Assembly (NCBI GenBank): GCA_951406725.2
Contig: OX597816.1
Location: 65,534,001-65,598,000 of the forward strand
DNA: 64,000 nt
Source of the DNA: Octopus vulgaris
Lineage: Eukaryota
Reading direction: 5' to 3'
Numbering within the stretch: position 1 is the stretch's first letter; the number at the start of each line of letters is the position of its first letter. A model generated the notes under the pieces. That model saw nothing but the letters and a program-made list of their open reading frames with translations, did no database searches and had not been told where the DNA came from. Below, one piece after another: positions 61,248 to 64,000 of the stretch. Position numbers and translations under genes: made by a program.

Positions 61248-62774
61248 GTAGCAACAAACAAGATGAGGACAAATATCCATCCAATGTAAAAAATGTAAAT
61301 ATTGTACAGAATTCCTCATCTCTAAAATATAGAACAACTTATGATTGTTTTAAAAATTCCATGTTGACTTAATCTTGCATCGTGTTTTTAAACGACTCCA
61401 CAATTAATGATGTAGTCATATCCGTTGTACAGATACCCCGTTCATAGAAATGATCCCTCGCAACTCTCTACAAAAAATAATATGCTGAAGTGTTTGTCTA
61501 CCGCTTAAATATAGGACATTAATCAATGTTTATAGTGGACGGCACAGCGGTCACGTTTATAAACATGATTGAAGATAAGTCAAAATGAATTTGTAGAAAT
61601 AATTGTAAACTATGAAACAAAAATAATAACGCAAGCTCCACTCTTCAGTGTTTATTATTTTATACTCAACAATAATTTGTAGGTTACCAGCTTATTGGGG
61701 GTCTTTTCCCCATTTAGTCATTGTCCGTAGAAGCACTTCTTCCCTAGGCAAGCGCCTAGATTATTTTATCCCAAGTCTCCTGTAATATACCTCCCTGCGC
61801 GCGCGACCGAGTGTGGGTGTGTTCAACTGACACAGTCGTTAACTTGGGTTATTTATTTCGCTTCTTTGCTTTGTGAGTTCAAATCACGCCTAAGTTAACT
61901 TCATCTTCATATTCTCAAAATAACAATACAGAGAAGATTCGTGGAATCTAGTAGTATCTATTTCGGATCCCTATATTCTGAGTTCAAATCCCACCTACTA
62001 TCAGCGGAAAAATAAAAGGGTTCTTCTTAGAAGAAAATCCGTTGGTAAAGGTAAAGCTCCAAATACTGAGATTCTCAATTGTATTGTGTAGACCTCATCT
62101 ACTCCCTCCTATATAGATTCCAGCTGCACTGGTCTGAGGTCACATTGCCAAAAGAACGGATAAATAACCTATGGGAGGGGTTGTTGTTTTTTTACAATGA
62201 GTTAGTAAGGATAGAAACCAGGGCCGAATTTAGGTAAGAAGAGGCCCTGGTTTATTTCACTTATGAGGTCGCTTCGAATCTCCCACTTTTACGACTAGAA
62301 TTATACATATAAGTTTCTTTATTGGTCACACAGGGCTGCACACAGATGGGACAAGTTACAAGGTAGAGCTTTTCTTTTGGGGGATGAAAAAAACAAAAAA
62401 CAAAAGAAACAAAAAAAAAAGTTGGCGTAGGTTTTCGATCAAAAGGGATTGTAAAAGGGAAAAAGAAGAACAAAAAAAATAAAATAAATAAAAAAAGAAG
62501 AAAAGGAAAAGGAACAAAAGAAAAGAGAAATGAAAAAAGAAGAAAAAAGGGGGAAAAAAGGGGAAGCGGTAAAAAAACGATCAATAGGGATCGTATAACT
62601 TGTGGGTATATATCTTGGGGGTATATCAGCCGAAACGCTGTGTTAAGAATAAACAAGATGAGGATAAATATCCGTCAAATGTAAATAATGTAAATAATTC
62701 CTCATTTCTTAAATACAGAACTGTAATACATATAATAATTCTCTAAAAGGGATATAGACAGTAACTGCTCGATA

Positions 62775-62919
62775 ACATAAGGGACTAAAGCCATCTGAAT
62801 ATGGCTAGGGACAGGGCAGGGTGGTGGGGGTGTTACTGTTGCATTTAGCCCCAGGCGAACATCGACGTCACCAGAAAGGCTCGAGATAGCCATATTCAGA
62901 TGGCTTTAGTCCCTTATGT
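62775..62919. repeat. 33-bp perfect inverted repeat around a 79-nt spacer
   Basis: ACATAAGGGACTAAAGCCATCTGAATATGGCTA and its exact reverse complement at 62887-62919. Confidence 0.92.
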
Positions 62920-63265
62920 AATACATATGTAATTATGAAATCTTTGGATAGCTCCTCTCTGAATACCTCATTTGTGGATATTTCATCTCTAATTATCTCG
63001 TCTATGGATATCCCATATGTGGATAATTCGTATGGGGGTATCTCTCTTGCTAATATCTCTTTGCTGTACGATATCTACAGTAAAGAGAGATGTTCATTTA
63101 TTAATGTTATATAGACATCTATGAGATATCTCCCACGCATTTGTTTTTGTAGCGGAAATGAATCGTAATGATGATACGAGTACGAATATAGATAGCGTGA
63201 AACTTGGAGTTACTAATTTTAAAAAATGTGTATGCGTGCGCACTCGAGTGCGTGCAAACGAATGC

Positions 63266-63267
<2 letters not shown>

Positions 63268-63298
<31 letters not shown>

Positions 63299-63394
63299 TG
63301 TATGTATGGATGGATGGATGGATGGATGGATGGATGGATGGATGGATGGATGTGTGTGTGTGTGAGAGAGTGTGTATATGAGTGTGTGGCTAGC

Positions 63395-63458
<64 letters not shown>
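63268..63458. repeat. Compound microsatellite (TATG)n(TGGA)n(TG)n(AGAC)n
   Basis: Directly visible. Confidence 0.95.
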
Positions 63459-63510
63459 GTTTGAGGCTAAACTCTTTTTCTGCCGGTAATTGTCAACAGC
63501 ACGACACCAA

Positions 63511-64000
63511 ATTAGAAAATTACTATTTGTAAATCTCACAACGAGAGATATTCAGCAACAGTACTTAGGAATAAAAATCATTTGCCAACATAACATGGCA
63601 GTCCTAGTTTAGGACGAATGTTGCTGTAATTTAGCCCCAGGAGACATCGTGTCCAGCTGGCTATACGACACGATCTGTGTCCTTATATTTTCGAACAAGG
63701 GAATCTAGCACCCCGACTCAGCTCAAAACAATATCTGTGTATTGCAATTTCCAGGCTAATTCCCTTCATCAGCACAGAATAATTGTTCAGCTGCCAAATT
63801 CCCATTCAAAATATAGAGTTTTCAGAGTGACAACTAGTCACTGATCTATATATTAGAAAATTACTATTTGTAAATCTCACAACGAGAGATATTCAGCAAC
63901 AGTACTTAGGAATAAAAATCATTTGCCAACATAACATGGCAGTCCTAGTTTAGGATGAATGTTGCTGTAATTTAGCCCCAGAAGACATCGTCTCCAGCTG
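63511..64000 (-). mobile_element. 341-bp tandem unit carrying a hammerhead (retrozyme or pLTR-like); second copy cut by the window end
   Basis: 63511-63659 is repeated at 63852-64000 with few mismatches. Confidence 0.7.
63734..63778 (-). ncRNA. Type I minimal hammerhead ribozyme, predicted AUA cleavage
   Basis: TCTGTG-CTGATGA-AGGG aattag CCTG-GAAA-TTGCAA-TA-CACAGA: 6-bp helix I, palindromic helix III ATTGCAAT, weak helix II. Confidence 0.78.

Overview
AT-rich, microsatellite- and SINE-dense animal DNA, most likely octopus (inferred from the repeat families). Left half: one complete minus-strand gene, MLH3 (MutL-gamma subunit). I could join 12 coding exons (31849 to 5509) with GT-AG sites in frame, giving 6066 nt and about 2021 aa. 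It includes a 4934-nt exon with a 63-bp His/Cys tandem repeat, a 72-nt symmetric exon holding the DQHAAHERVRLE endonuclease motif and a 24-nt microexon; a probable promoter and UTR exon lies near 33.2 kb. Right half (33.4-64 kb): no host gene is visible. It holds decayed RTE LINEs, a deleted mariner, MITEs, a probable Helitron and a non-coding tRNA-Trp-primed LTR element. It also holds several apparently unrelated families of short non-coding repeats carrying minimal type I hammerhead ribozyme motifs with palindromic helix III. These occur in partial-tandem, circularly permuted or head-to-head arrangements next to (TA)n tracts and are candidate retrozymes or Penelope-derived elements. All calls were made by eye; repeat boundaries are approximate.
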